From the sequence record SRR2962707_1476: a stretch of 50,884 nucleotides of DNA; one strand, written 5' to 3'. Position numbers and translations under genes: made by a program. Numbering within the stretch: the stretch's first letter is position 1; each line of letters opens with the position of its first letter. The notes under the pieces are model-generated. The model did not search any database, had not been told where the DNA came from, and worked only from the letters and a program-made list of their open reading frames with translations. Below are positions 18,493 to 28,902 of the stretch, in pieces.

Positions 18493-20541
18493 ATGAAAAA
18501 GATTTGCTTAGTTGTATTTGGTCTAATCGCCTTTCAGGCGGCCAGATCACAGGAAACAGTAGCCTGGGGTACCCAGATTGTAGATGTTTCCTCTGAGTAT
18601 TCGCCATACGAGTATTCAGCCATTCAGGCGCTTCATCGACCGAACGTTCCACCTGAAGGTGGCGAGAATCCAAACGCATGGAGGCCGAAAAGCACTGACA
18701 AAGAAGAATTTATCATGGTCTCCTTCAGTACGCCAATCCGTGCGAAGCAGGTTGCCATTGCCGAATCAGAAAACCCGGGAGCAGTTAAGGCAGTTTATGG
18801 GTACGATAAGGATTACAACGAGTACACCTTATTTGAATTAACACCTCGTGACCTCCCGATTGAATCGAGATTGCTCAACCTATTTTTTGAAACAACTTCT
18901 TACGAAATTGAAGCCATCCGAGTGGTCTTGGAAGGTAGTGCAGCAGAAGGCTACAACGCCATTGATGCAATAGGTGTTTCGGCTTCCAATATTCCAATAA
19001 ATGTCCTGATCAATCTGGCAGCTGGAGTGAATTCTAACATTGATGCGGAGAAACTGAGCACCAATGTAAATAGTGAGTATGTGGAGCATAGCCCCATCAT
19101 TTCTCCTGATGGTAAAAGACTTTATTTCTCACGACAATTCCACCCGGATAATGTCGGCGGTGTGAATGATGCGGAAGACATTTGGGTATCCGAATTGGAT
19201 GAAGAAACGGGAGAATGGCTACCCGCAAAGAACCTGGGCCCACCATTAAATAATCAAGGACCTAATTTCATTAGCTCTATTTCCATGATTGATGGAAAAG
19301 AAGTACTGATTTTAGGTAATAGATATGGAAAGAAAGGAAGGATGTATACAGGAGTTTCTCAATCTATTAAAGAGGGAGACACCTTCACAGATCCCGAAGG
19401 AATAGAAATTGAAAATGAATACAATTATTCTCCAAACGCAGATTTCTTCCTTGCACCCGGAGGGAAAGCTATGATTATTTCAGCTGAGCGCGACGATACA
19501 TATGGGGCTAGAGATTTATATGTTAGTTTCAAGAAGCGTGATGGTTCTTGGACTGAGCCAAAAAACCTTGGAAGCGACATTAACACAGTCGGAGAAGAAG
19601 AATCACCTTTTATGGCTGAAGATGGTAAAACCCTTTATTTTTCTTCTGATGGCTATAAAGGTTACGGAGGAGCAGATATTTATGTAGCATTCAAGCTGGA
19701 TGATACGTGGGGAAGATGGTCAGAGCCTGAGAACCTTGGCCCTGGTATTAACAAAAGCGGAAATGACGAATACTTTAGCATTCCAGCCACAGGGCAAAGC
19801 CTCTATTTCACTCGTGGTGAAAAAGGTGAGGATCAGGATATTTTCAGCTTTGCGGTAGAAGATTTGTTTGTAGATCAATTGGCTCCAATGGCCTCCTCCG
19901 TAGAGCACCTTATGAATAAAGAAGTCATTGTTACTGTTTCAGGAGTGGTATTGGATGCCAAAACCAAACAACCTGTTGAAGGGGCATCTGTTTTGATAGA
20001 AAGACTACCTGATGGATTAGATATAGGGCATGCTTCTACCAATGAGACCGGGAAGTTCCTTTTCACCGTAAAAGGTGATGCACTTTACGGATTAGTCGGT
20101 GAAGCTGATGGCTATATTTCACAAAGTGAAAATCTTGATTTTACCAGTTTCACCAAGTCAGACACACTTGAAAAAAACATTGACATCTTCCCTATTGAAA
20201 AGGGAGAGACATTGGTTTTGAAGAATATTTTCTTCGACTTCAATAAATCGGAATTGAAGACCGCATCATACCCTGAGCTTAACAGAGTACTGGACTTGAT
20301 GAAAACTGATAAAATTGAAAAGATCTTAATAACCGGTCATACCGATTCTGTTGGTGATGAGGATTATAACATGGCATTGTCTGGTAGAAGAGCCAAGTCA
20401 GTTATGGACTATTTCATCAAAAGTGGAATCAGTCGAGATCGATTAGAATACAAAGCATTCGGTGAGACACAACCTAAAGTAGCGAATGATACTCCCGAAA
20501 ATAGGGCTCAGAACAGACGGGTTGAGTTCCAGATTCAATAA
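18493..20541 (+). CDS. PorE-like protein: N-terminal beta-sandwich, PD40 beta-propeller, CRD-like domain, OmpA-C
   Basis: SPDGKRLYFS and AEDGKTLYFSS repeats, KNLGxxIN, GHTD, NMALSGRRA, QNRRVE. Confidence 0.88.
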   Translation: MKKICLVVFGLIAFQAARSQETVAWGTQIVDVSSEYSPYEYSAIQALHRPNVPPEGGENPNAWRPKSTDKEEFIMVSFSTPIRAKQVAIAESENPGAVKAVYGYDKDYNEYTLFELTPRDLPIESRLLNLFFETTSYEIEAIRVVLEGSAAEGYNAIDAIGVSASNIPINVLINLAAGVNSNIDAEKLSTNVNSEYVEHSPIISPDGKRLYFSRQFHPDNVGGVNDAEDIWVSELDEETGEWLPAKNLGPPLNNQGPNFISSISMIDGKEVLILGNRYGKKGRMYTGVSQSIKEGDTFTDPEGIEIENEYNYSPNADFFLAPGGKAMIISAERDDTYGARDLYVSFKKRDGSWTEPKNLGSDINTVGEEESPFMAEDGKTLYFSSDGYKGYGGADIYVAFKLDDTWGRWSEPENLGPGINKSGNDEYFSIPATGQSLYFTRGEKGEDQDIFSFAVEDLFVDQLAPMASSVEHLMNKEVIVTVSGVVLDAKTKQPVEGASVLIERLPDGLDIGHASTNETGKFLFTVKGDALYGLVGEADGYISQSENLDFTSFTKSDTLEKNIDIFPIEKGETLVLKNIFFDFNKSELKTASYPELNRVLDLMKTDKIEKILITGHTDSVGDEDYNMALSGRRAKSVMDYFIKSGISRDRLEYKAFGETQPKVANDTPENRAQNRRVEFQIQ

Positions 20542-20562
20542 TAAGATCAATTTGTAATGATG

Positions 20563-20592
20563 AAGTCAGCTTGTTTCGAGCTGACTTTTTTT
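20563..20592 (+). terminator. Intrinsic terminator after the OmpA-domain genes
   Basis: AAGTCAGCTTG-TTT-CGAGCTGACTT stem followed by a T run. Confidence 0.85.
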
Positions 20593-20602
20593 ATTTTTAG
20601 GT

Positions 20603-22003
20603 ATGGATGCAGCGGTACAATCACACATAAGAGATCGGTTTCAGGCAATAAAGGAAACGTCGATCAGACTAAGGGAATCCAAACCGGGTGAACGAAAAGA
20701 GAAACTCAAGAAGCTTGAAAACTGGATATTGGTCAATCGATCGGATATTCAACAAGCGGTTTTCAACGATCTTCAAAAACCAAAGCAAGAGGTTGACCTC
20801 ACTGAGATCTTTGTCGTACTGTCAGAAATCAGAGCGGCTAGAAGGAACCTTAAGTCGTGGATGGCTGCTAAACCAGCCGATACCAGTATTACCTATTTGG
20901 GAACGAAGGCGGAGACATTTTACGAACCAAAAGGTGCTTGTCTGATTATTTCCCCATGGAATTACCCATTTCAGCTTGCTGTTGCCCCCTTGGTTTCAGC
21001 TATTGCTGCTGGAAATGCTGTTATCATTAAACCATCCGAATACTCTGAAAACACGTCTGAGCTAATCCAACGAATGTGCGATGATGTCTTTGATAGGGAT
21101 GAAGTTAGTGTGGTATTGGGTGCCGTTGATGAATCTCAGGAACTACTCTCCATGCCTTTTGATCATATTTTCTTTACGGGGAGTCCCGGTGTAGGAAAAA
21201 TTGTGATGGCTGCTGCTGCCAAGCACCTTACTTCAGTGACTCTTGAGCTGGGAGGAAAATCGCCAACAATTGTAGATGAAACAGCCAGCATAAAAGATGC
21301 TGCACAAAAAATTGCCTGGGGTAAATGGCAAAACGCCGGCCAGGTGTGTATTGCCCCCGATTATCTGTTTGTTCATGAAAATGTAAAGGACAAACTCATA
21401 GAGGAGTTGGTGGTTCAATCCACCAAACTATATGGATCGAAAGAAACCTACGGTGGAATTATTGGAAGGCAACACCACAACCGGATTAATGACCTCATGG
21501 CTGATGCCATTGAAAAAGGTGCTGATTTGGAATTTGGAGGAAAATCAGATCGAGAAAACCTGAGATTTACGCCGACTCTTCTTTCAAATGTGGCAAAAAA
21601 TTCGCGAGTTATGGAAGAGGAGATTTTTGGTCCGATACTTCCACTCCAAACCTTTTCAGATTTAAGTGAGGTAGTGAAGTTTATTAACGATAAGCCAAAG
21701 CCGCTGGCTTTGTACTTGTTCTCAAGAAGTAAGAAAAACATTGCTCGCATCAAGAAGCAAACAAGTGCAGGAATGATGACGATCAACGATGCTGTTTTGC
21801 AATTTGCTCATCCCCATTTACCTATTGGTGGAGTGAACAATAGTGGGATTGGGAAGGCTCACGGACACACCGGTTTTATCGCTTTTTCTAATGAAAAGGC
21901 AATCGTCAAGCAACGAATTGGACTGACCATGGCCAAAACCGTCTACCCACCGTATTCACGCTTCAAAAACTTCATGATTAATATGATGGTTAAGTATTTT
22001 TGA
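20603..22003 (+). CDS. Aldehyde dehydrogenase (ALDH3/coniferyl-aldehyde-like)
   Basis: PWNYP, FTGS, ELGGKSP, AGQVCIAPDY catalytic Cys, EEIFGP. Confidence 0.93.
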   Translation: MDAAVQSHIRDRFQAIKETSIRLRESKPGERKEKLKKLENWILVNRSDIQQAVFNDLQKPKQEVDLTEIFVVLSEIRAARRNLKSWMAAKPADTSITYLGTKAETFYEPKGACLIISPWNYPFQLAVAPLVSAIAAGNAVIIKPSEYSENTSELIQRMCDDVFDRDEVSVVLGAVDESQELLSMPFDHIFFTGSPGVGKIVMAAAAKHLTSVTLELGGKSPTIVDETASIKDAAQKIAWGKWQNAGQVCIAPDYLFVHENVKDKLIEELVVQSTKLYGSKETYGGIIGRQHHNRINDLMADAIEKGADLEFGGKSDRENLRFTPTLLSNVAKNSRVMEEEIFGPILPLQTFSDLSEVVKFINDKPKPLALYLFSRSKKNIARIKKQTSAGMMTINDAVLQFAHPHLPIGGVNNSGIGKAHGHTGFIAFSNEKAIVKQRIGLTMAKTVYPPYSRFKNFMINMMVKYF

Positions 22004-22006
22004 TCC

Positions 22007-22399
22007 GTGAAAAAAATTTACCCAACGATTTTTGTATTAGTGTTTGTGGCTTGCACATCCGGCTCTTCTGAGAGACCTTCGGCATGGCACGGAAAGTGGA
22101 AAGCTGAATGGGTTACTGATCCTGCAGGCTATCCGGGTGTTACCGATATGGAATTCTATATGAACGGTTTGTTTACCTTCACCTCTTCTGAACTTACGGT
22201 CACTGCTAACGGCTATCCGGGGTGTATTTTCAATGTGGACACCTTATCGCATACACAGTCGTGGAAAATTTCCGGGGATACACTCTTCCTTCTAAACGAG
22301 CCTGAAACCACTGGGATGACTTATACTGTCAGGTCAATTTCCAATGACCGAATTGAGCTCCAATTAATGGAAGACATATTCGTTACTCTTACTAAATAG
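22007..22399 (+). CDS. Small lipoprotein, possibly lipocalin-like
   Basis: GTG start, lipobox FVAC, early GKW motif, beta-strand pattern. Confidence 0.7.
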   Translation: MKKIYPTIFVLVFVACTSGSSERPSAWHGKWKAEWVTDPAGYPGVTDMEFYMNGLFTFTSSELTVTANGYPGCIFNVDTLSHTQSWKISGDTLFLLNEPETTGMTYTVRSISNDRIELQLMEDIFVTLTK

Positions 22400-22480
22400 C
22401 AAATCATCTTTAAGTTAAAAATGCTCGCTGCATTATTAGATGCCTTGCATTCTGGTTAATTTGGTCTAAAATATCACACC

Positions 22481-25321
22481 ATGAAAAAGGTTCTCAAGAT
22501 TCTAGGTATCCTGTTGCTTTTGCTCATCGCTGCTGTCATTGTCCTTCCGATCATCTTTAAAGATGACATTCAAAAAGCGATTGATGACACCATGTCGGAA
22601 AGCTTGAATGCCAAAGTGTTCTATGATGTGGATCAGTTCGGACTTTCACTAATCAAGAATTTTCCTGATATGACGGTGAGTATGGGGAATTTTGGGATTG
22701 TCGGAGCGGAAGAATTTTCATCTGATACACTCGTGTCCGTGGCAAGTTTTGAGGTGACTGTGGATCTCATGTCCATCATATCTGGTAGCCAAATTCAGGT
22801 CGAGGAAATCCTTTTAGACCAGCCAAAAATCCTGGTATTGGTATTGGAAAATGGGAAAGCCAACTATGACATAGCAAAAGAATCAGAGGAGGCAGCTGCT
22901 GAAGAACCGGCTGTAGTTTCAGAGGAACCTGCTGGGTCATCAGCGGGAGGTGATGAAATAAGAATAGGAATCAAAAGATGGGCAATTAACGACGGGAGCA
23001 TGATTTACAGGGATGAATCCATGCAATTTCACACGGCACTCTATGGATTGAACCATGAAGGATCTGGTGACTTTACCCTGGATGTTTTTGACTTGACAAC
23101 AAGCACGGTAATTGAATCAGCATCACTTGGATTCGAAGGAGTAGAGTATGCTTCTAATAAAACACTCAAAGCAGATGTTACTTTGAACATGAACCTACCG
23201 GAGATGACTTTCACCTTCAAAGACAACCTTATCGCTGTTAATGATTTTGCGATGGGAGCTGAGGGATTTGTCAGTATGCCCGGTGAAGACATCAACATGG
23301 ATATCACTTTTGAAGGGAAGGAGATTGATCTTAAGAGCATCCTCTCATTAATCCCAGGTGTATATCAGGAATACCTGGCAGGTGTAACTGCTGGAGGCGA
23401 AATCAACTTTGATGGGTATGTGAGAGGCTCCTTCAACGAGACAAGTATGCCACAGGTAGCAGCCAACTTATCTATAAGTAACGGGAAGATTGCCTATGCT
23501 GAATACAATATTCCCATGGAGCAAATCAATATCAAAACCAGTTTCAATTACCCGTCAGCGGACCTTCGGGAGACCTCCTTCAACATTGATAATTTTAGCA
23601 TGCTTGTGGATGGTGAAAAGCTATCCGCCTACCTGAAATTTAAGAATCTGGAAGATTTCAACTGGGATTTCGGATTTGATGGGAACGCTGATCTGGAGAA
23701 GATCATGAAGATTGTTCCGATGGAAGGCATGACATTAAAAGGTAAAATCAATGCTGGATTGAAAACGAAGGGCAAGATGTCTGATGTTGAAGCAGAGAGA
23801 TATACCTCGTTACCAACCTCCGGGAACCTTACCATAGATGGCTTTTATTTTGAATCTGCAGACTTACCTCAAGGATTTGGAATCTCGAAGGCCAACCTTA
23901 CTTTCAATCCAAGTACCATTGCCTTGACTCAATTTGATGCCGCCACTGGAAATTCCGACTTCAGTATGGATGGAAGCATCAATAATTACCTTGGCTTTGC
24001 CCTCGGCGATGAGATGTTGACTGGGAATTTGAATCTCAATTCTAACCTGATAGACCTTAATGAATTCATGACCGAAGAGGAGGTTGCCGAAGATACAGAC
24101 ACTGCAGATACGACAGCATTGGAAGTGATTCGTGTCCCTGAGAACATTGATTTCACTTTTGCCTCCTCAATCAAGAAAATCACTTTCACCAACATCGCAA
24201 TGGAACAGTTTCAAGGAAAGGTATTGGTGAAAGACGGAGCTATTACACTGGATAAAAACAGTTTCAAAATGCTGGATGGCACATTTGAGTTGACAGGCTC
24301 TTATGTGACCAAAGATCTTGATCAACCCAAGTATGATTTCGGCTTTAAGATAAAAGACCTTTCGATAGCAGGAGCATTTGAAAGTTTCGAGACTATACAG
24401 CAGTATGTTCCGATCGCCAAACAAGTTTCTGGAAAATTTTCCACCGATTTCAATGTCAATGGGCTACTTGGAGATGACATGATGCCAATCATGGATCAAA
24501 TGAATTTAAAAGGATTGGTGAATGTGGCTAGTGCTGCTTTGAAAGGAGGGGCATTCATGGACAAGCTTAACACAGTTGCTGCATTTAAATCCGGGGCTTC
24601 AGCTTCCGATTCTGAGGACAAACAGATCTCTCTGAAAGATGTTTTGATCGCCACGGAGATTAGAGATGGGCGCATGTATGTTGAGCCGTTTGATTTGGAA
24701 GTAAAAGGTCAGAAAGCTTCTATTGGTGGAAATAATACGCTTGATGGAAAGCTTGACTATTCCATGTTAATGAGGGATGTTCCAACAGGGGCAATTGGAA
24801 ATGCATTGAATAGTGCGCTGAGTTCCTTGACCGGAGGTAAGAAACTGGTTTCTGATAAAGTAAACCTGAATCTTGGCATAGGAGGCACATACGATGATGT
24901 ACAAGTGAAACTACTAGGAACAAGTCCATCAGGTTCTTCCGGAAGCACATCCGCAACAACGGCCTTCAAACAACAACTTTCATCCAAAGCGGATGAGGAA
25001 AAAGCTAAAGCTGAGGCAGAGCTAGAAAAGCAGAAAGAAGCACAGCGTCAAAAAATCATTTCTCAAGCTGAGTCCCAAGCTGCAGATATACGAGCTAAGG
25101 GTAAAGAGACTGCAGACCAAATTAGAAAAGAAGGCTATGCAGCTGCAGATAAATTGATTTCTGATGCAGGATCAAACCCAATCAAAAAACGAGTTGCCCA
25201 GGAAGCTGCCAAGAAGCTTCGATCTGAAACCGATAATAAGGCAAATGCTATCGAGGCTGAAGCCAACAAAAAAGCCGATCAACTTGTGGCGGAGGCGAAA
25301 GATAAAGCTTCCAAAATATAG
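22481..25321 (+). CDS. AsmA-family protein with C-terminal helical extension
   Basis: N-terminal TM anchor, LSLIKNFP, ENGKANYDI, repeated beta-groove segments, Ala/Lys/Glu-rich tail. Confidence 0.85.
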   Translation: MKKVLKILGILLLLLIAAVIVLPIIFKDDIQKAIDDTMSESLNAKVFYDVDQFGLSLIKNFPDMTVSMGNFGIVGAEEFSSDTLVSVASFEVTVDLMSIISGSQIQVEEILLDQPKILVLVLENGKANYDIAKESEEAAAEEPAVVSEEPAGSSAGGDEIRIGIKRWAINDGSMIYRDESMQFHTALYGLNHEGSGDFTLDVFDLTTSTVIESASLGFEGVEYASNKTLKADVTLNMNLPEMTFTFKDNLIAVNDFAMGAEGFVSMPGEDINMDITFEGKEIDLKSILSLIPGVYQEYLAGVTAGGEINFDGYVRGSFNETSMPQVAANLSISNGKIAYAEYNIPMEQINIKTSFNYPSADLRETSFNIDNFSMLVDGEKLSAYLKFKNLEDFNWDFGFDGNADLEKIMKIVPMEGMTLKGKINAGLKTKGKMSDVEAERYTSLPTSGNLTIDGFYFESADLPQGFGISKANLTFNPSTIALTQFDAATGNSDFSMDGSINNYLGFALGDEMLTGNLNLNSNLIDLNEFMTEEEVAEDTDTADTTALEVIRVPENIDFTFASSIKKITFTNIAMEQFQGKVLVKDGAITLDKNSFKMLDGTFELTGSYVTKDLDQPKYDFGFKIKDLSIAGAFESFETIQQYVPIAKQVSGKFSTDFNVNGLLGDDMMPIMDQMNLKGLVNVASAALKGGAFMDKLNTVAAFKSGASASDSEDKQISLKDVLIATEIRDGRMYVEPFDLEVKGQKASIGGNNTLDGKLDYSMLMRDVPTGAIGNALNSALSSLTGGKKLVSDKVNLNLGIGGTYDDVQVKLLGTSPSGSSGSTSATTAFKQQLSSKADEEKAKAEAELEKQKEAQRQKIISQAESQAADIRAKGKETADQIRKEGYAAADKLISDAGSNPIKKRVAQEAAKKLRSETDNKANAIEAEANKKADQLVAEAKDKASKI

Positions 25322-25329
25322 GTATCAGG

Positions 25330-26598
25330 CTACCATCTTTGAAGGACTTGCATCCGATGAGCATCCAGTTTCAGAAAGCTGAAAAGCAGAATGGTGAATG
25401 CCCAAAGTGAGGAACCCCCGTAGCTAAAAAATGGCAGGGGAATACCGATGACTGGGAACAAACCAATCGTCATGGCAATGTTCACGGCAAAGTGAAAGAA
25501 GATAATTGACAGCACACCATATCCATAGATTCTGGCGAAGGTCGATTTTTGACGCTCCGCTAAAAAGATAAGCCGAAGGAATAGCGCGGTAAAAAGCCCG
25601 AGTAGGATCAGGCTACCAAGCCATCCATGCTCTTCCCCTATGGTGCAAAAAATAAAGTCGGTAGATTGCTCAGGCACAAAATCGAACTTCGTTTGTGTGC
25701 CTTCGAGAAAACCTTTGCCTGCAAATCCACCACTACCAATTGCGATTTTTGATTGTGTGACATTCCACCCGATTCCCAAAGGATCAATATTCGGATTGAC
25801 CAAAGACATGATTCTTTTTTGCTGGTGTGGCTTAAGAACATCTGTAAGAATGAAATCCACACTTCGTACCGCCAATGTGATAACTATACCACTGACAATA
25901 ATGTAGGCCAGACGCTTAGGTCTTCGTGCATTGAGCCCTATTGCCAATAATACGATGATAGCAATCGCCACAAGAAGAACCGTTTGACTGACTAGCAGTG
26001 TAAGAATAAATACAAGAAAAATCGTCACAGCAATGATCAGTAACATAGGAGGCATCCCTTCTCTGAACATGGGCACGACCAAAGCTCCATACACCATTGC
26101 AGTACCCATATCTCCTTGAAGCACTGTCAGCGCCATGGGAATGATGATAATTGAAAAGGCAATCATGAGCGTTTTAAGGTCTTCCAATTTGCGGGTGGAA
26201 GAGTCCATGTATTTCGCAAGCGCGAAAGCTGTTGCAAACTTGGCAAACTCAGATGGCTGAAGTCCAAATCCTCCGATTCCAACCCATGATTTTGAGCCCG
26301 CTACTTCTTTACCTCCAATTAAGATGAAAAGCAAAAGCCCAATAAAAACAGCGTAGATGATGTAGGCGAAGGAATCGAAAAACTTATAATCAAAGAAGAA
26401 TACGATAAAAGCAAGAGCTACCGAGGTACAAATCCAGATGAATTGTCTTCCGGCACTTGTTGAGAAATCAAAAATCCCTTGATTGATATCAGGATCATAT
26501 TCTGCCGCATAGATATTCAACCATCCTGCCAGCACCAGGATCCCAAAAAGAAGGACGGTCATCCAATCAATTTTCTGCGATAACGGGTCTTGGCGCAT
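25330..26598 (-). CDS. rodA: Rod shape-determining protein RodA
   Basis: QPSEFAK, QSKIAIGSGG, PEQSTDFIF, GIPLPFFSYGGSS; last gene of the mre operon. Confidence 0.96.
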   Translation of the reverse strand: MRQDPLSQKIDWMTVLLFGILVLAGWLNIYAAEYDPDINQGIFDFSTSAGRQFIWICTSVALAFIVFFFDYKFFDSFAYIIYAVFIGLLLFILIGGKEVAGSKSWVGIGGFGLQPSEFAKFATAFALAKYMDSSTRKLEDLKTLMIAFSIIIIPMALTVLQGDMGTAMVYGALVVPMFREGMPPMLLIIAVTIFLVFILTLLVSQTVLLVAIAIIVLLAIGLNARRPKRLAYIIVSGIVITLAVRSVDFILTDVLKPHQQKRIMSLVNPNIDPLGIGWNVTQSKIAIGSGGFAGKGFLEGTQTKFDFVPEQSTDFIFCTIGEEHGWLGSLILLGLFTALFLRLIFLAERQKSTFARIYGYGVLSIIFFHFAVNIAMTIGLFPVIGIPLPFFSYGGSSLWAFTILLFSFLKLDAHRMQVLQRW

Positions 26599-28390
26599 TT
26601 TGAGGTAAATATCTTTCTTCTAAAACATAGATTTCAAGCCAAGGACGCGAGATTTCACCAAAGATGTATTTCTCGGCCAATAGACTGGCTACTGAAACTG
26701 CAGCCCGACCTCCTTGTCCGGCATTCTCCACGTAGGCCGCAATGGATATTTGAGGGTCATCCAAAGGGGCAAAACCCATGAACCCGGAGTGATCTTCTCC
26801 ATGAGGATTTTGAACCGTGCTGGTTTTTCCACACAATCTCAAACTATCCATATAGCCTCGGATACCTGAGCCTTCTTTGACTACCAGTTCCATTCCTCTT
26901 ACGACCGTCTCGTAATGTTTAGGGTCAAAAGGAAGCGTCTCTTTTTCAATATTGGCATTGGGCCAACCATCAATTTTGTCAACAACATGAGGAGTGATAA
27001 AGTAGCCACGGTTGGCCAGTATAGCACCAAGGTTCGCCATTTGGAGCGGAGTAACAAGCAACTCTCCTTGCCCAATACTCAAGGAGGCTATGTTGGAATA
27101 CTTCCAACGATCCTTACCATAGATTCGATCATAATATTCAATGGAAGGGACATTCCCTGTAATCTCATTAGGTAGATCTACTCCCAGCTTTCTCCCCAGC
27201 CCGAATTCCTTCACATATTCTCTCCATTTCTCAAAACCAATTCTTGAATCCAGAAACTGACTTTCTTCTACCCCTTGCTCAACCATACGCTTCATCACGA
27301 GATAGAAATAATTGTTAGACGATTTCTGTATGGCCTTTAACATTTTATATGGACCCGGAGGTGCCAGATCCCCAATGTTCGAGCCATCGGTGATGATGAC
27401 TTCTTCAGGAGAGACAACTCCCTCATGCATGGAAATAACTCCCTGAATGGTTTTAAACATGGATCCGGGGGGATATCGTGCCTGTAATGGTCGATTTAGA
27501 AAAGGCTTATCTTCATTGCTATTCAGTGTCGGGAAGTTTTTACTCAGATTCTTACCACTAAGCAGCTGAGGGTCATAGGATGGAGCTGACACAAAGGCCA
27601 GAATTCTCCCGGTCTTTGGCTCAATGGCTACCACACTTCCCACCTTCCCTTCCATCAGCTTTTCAGCATATTGTTGCAGTTCGAGATCAATGGTTAGGTT
27701 GATGTTTTCTCCGGATTTTGGCAAAGTGTCGTACTCTCCATCACGATATTCTGCCTTGATCACTCCTTGTACATTCACCACCTTGTAACTGGCTCCACGC
27801 TTACCTCTCAAGCGATTCTCATACGACTTTTCGATTCCACCTATACCAATATAATCGCCTGGCTTGTAATATCTGGTTGTATCTCGCGTGATTTCCCGGG
27901 CACTAATTTCACCAACATAGCCGAGCACATTAGCCAGCGATTGGGTGTTGTAAGATCGAATGGTTCTTGGGAGCACATAAAATCCGGGAAAATTGATAAG
28001 TTGATCCTGGAGCTTGGCAAAAAGCTCATCTGAGATTTGCTCTTCAAACTTGGATGCGAGGATGGAAGAATATCTTGAAGCCTTTTTAAGCCGTGTTTCC
28101 AGTTCTTCGGTAGTGATGTTCAGCAACTCACAAAACTTGGTAGTATCTGTAATTTCGGCCTCTTTTGGTACTACCATTAGATCATACACAGGCGAGTTGT
28201 AAATGACCAAACTGTCATTGCTATCATAAACCAAACCCCTGTAAGGATACTGGACAATCTTTTGAACAACATTATTTTCAGCAGCGACCTTATAATCCTC
28301 GTCAACGATCTGGATGTAGAATAGCCGTGCGGCAAAAACCAATCCCGTTAAAACGACTATTACCCGGATAAAGAACGCTCTTCCAATCAT
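26567..28390 (-). CDS. mrdA: Penicillin-binding protein 2
   Basis: PYRGLVYD dimerisation domain, PGSMFK (SxxK), SSN (SxN), KTS in place of KTG; operon context. Confidence 0.95.
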   Translation of the reverse strand: MIGRAFFIRVIVVLTGLVFAARLFYIQIVDEDYKVAAENNVVQKIVQYPYRGLVYDSNDSLVIYNSPVYDLMVVPKEAEITDTTKFCELLNITTEELETRLKKASRYSSILASKFEEQISDELFAKLQDQLINFPGFYVLPRTIRSYNTQSLANVLGYVGEISAREITRDTTRYYKPGDYIGIGGIEKSYENRLRGKRGASYKVVNVQGVIKAEYRDGEYDTLPKSGENINLTIDLELQQYAEKLMEGKVGSVVAIEPKTGRILAFVSAPSYDPQLLSGKNLSKNFPTLNSNEDKPFLNRPLQARYPPGSMFKTIQGVISMHEGVVSPEEVIITDGSNIGDLAPPGPYKMLKAIQKSSNNYFYLVMKRMVEQGVEESQFLDSRIGFEKWREYVKEFGLGRKLGVDLPNEITGNVPSIEYYDRIYGKDRWKYSNIASLSIGQGELLVTPLQMANLGAILANRGYFITPHVVDKIDGWPNANIEKETLPFDPKHYETVVRGMELVVKEGSGIRGYMDSLRLCGKTSTVQNPHGEDHSGFMGFAPLDDPQISIAAYVENAGQGGRAAVSVASLLAEKYIFGEISRPWLEIYVLEERYLPQNAPRPVIAEN

Positions 28391-28902
28391 ATTCTCCTAC
28401 GGTTTGAGGTAAGAAGAAAATTGACAATGAAAATGATTGCGGTACTAAATATAGAACTAAAAAAGACCCTGCTCATGACCATTCCAAACAAGTGAAATCC
28501 TCCATTTTCTACGATAAACAAGATAAAATGGTGCAAAAACACTAAAGGAAATACAAAATACAAGAACCCGGTTTTTCTAAGTGAACTGATGTTCAGATTG
28601 GTAATTTCCTGCCAGTCATCATTCACCACACCAAGCCAGAAGCCTCGAACAAATAAGATGAATACACTAGCAGAAGCATGAATACCAGGAGTGTTGCTAA
28701 ACACATCGACAAGTAAGCCTGAAAAAAACCCGATAATCATCAGGTATGATCGACTTAATGTACGTGGGAGCAGCAATAGAAATCCGACATAGAAAAACCC
28801 AAAGGCCTTATCAAAGAGGGTGATGCGGTGCACCAAAGGAAGCTGCACTAACAACAGAAGCACCAGGTTCAGAATTTGTTCTCTTATGTTGATCCTGTTC
28901 AT
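28387..28902 (-). CDS. mreD: Rod shape-determining protein MreD
   Basis: Hydrophobic, GLLVDVFSNTPGIHA; lies between mreC and mrdA. Confidence 0.88.
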   Translation of the reverse strand: MNRINIREQILNLVLLLLVQLPLVHRITLFDKAFGFFYVGFLLLLPRTLSRSYLMIIGFFSGLLVDVFSNTPGIHASASVFILFVRGFWLGVVNDDWQEITNLNISSLRKTGFLYFVFPLVFLHHFILFIVENGGFHLFGMVMSRVFFSSIFSTAIIFIVNFLLTSNRRRI

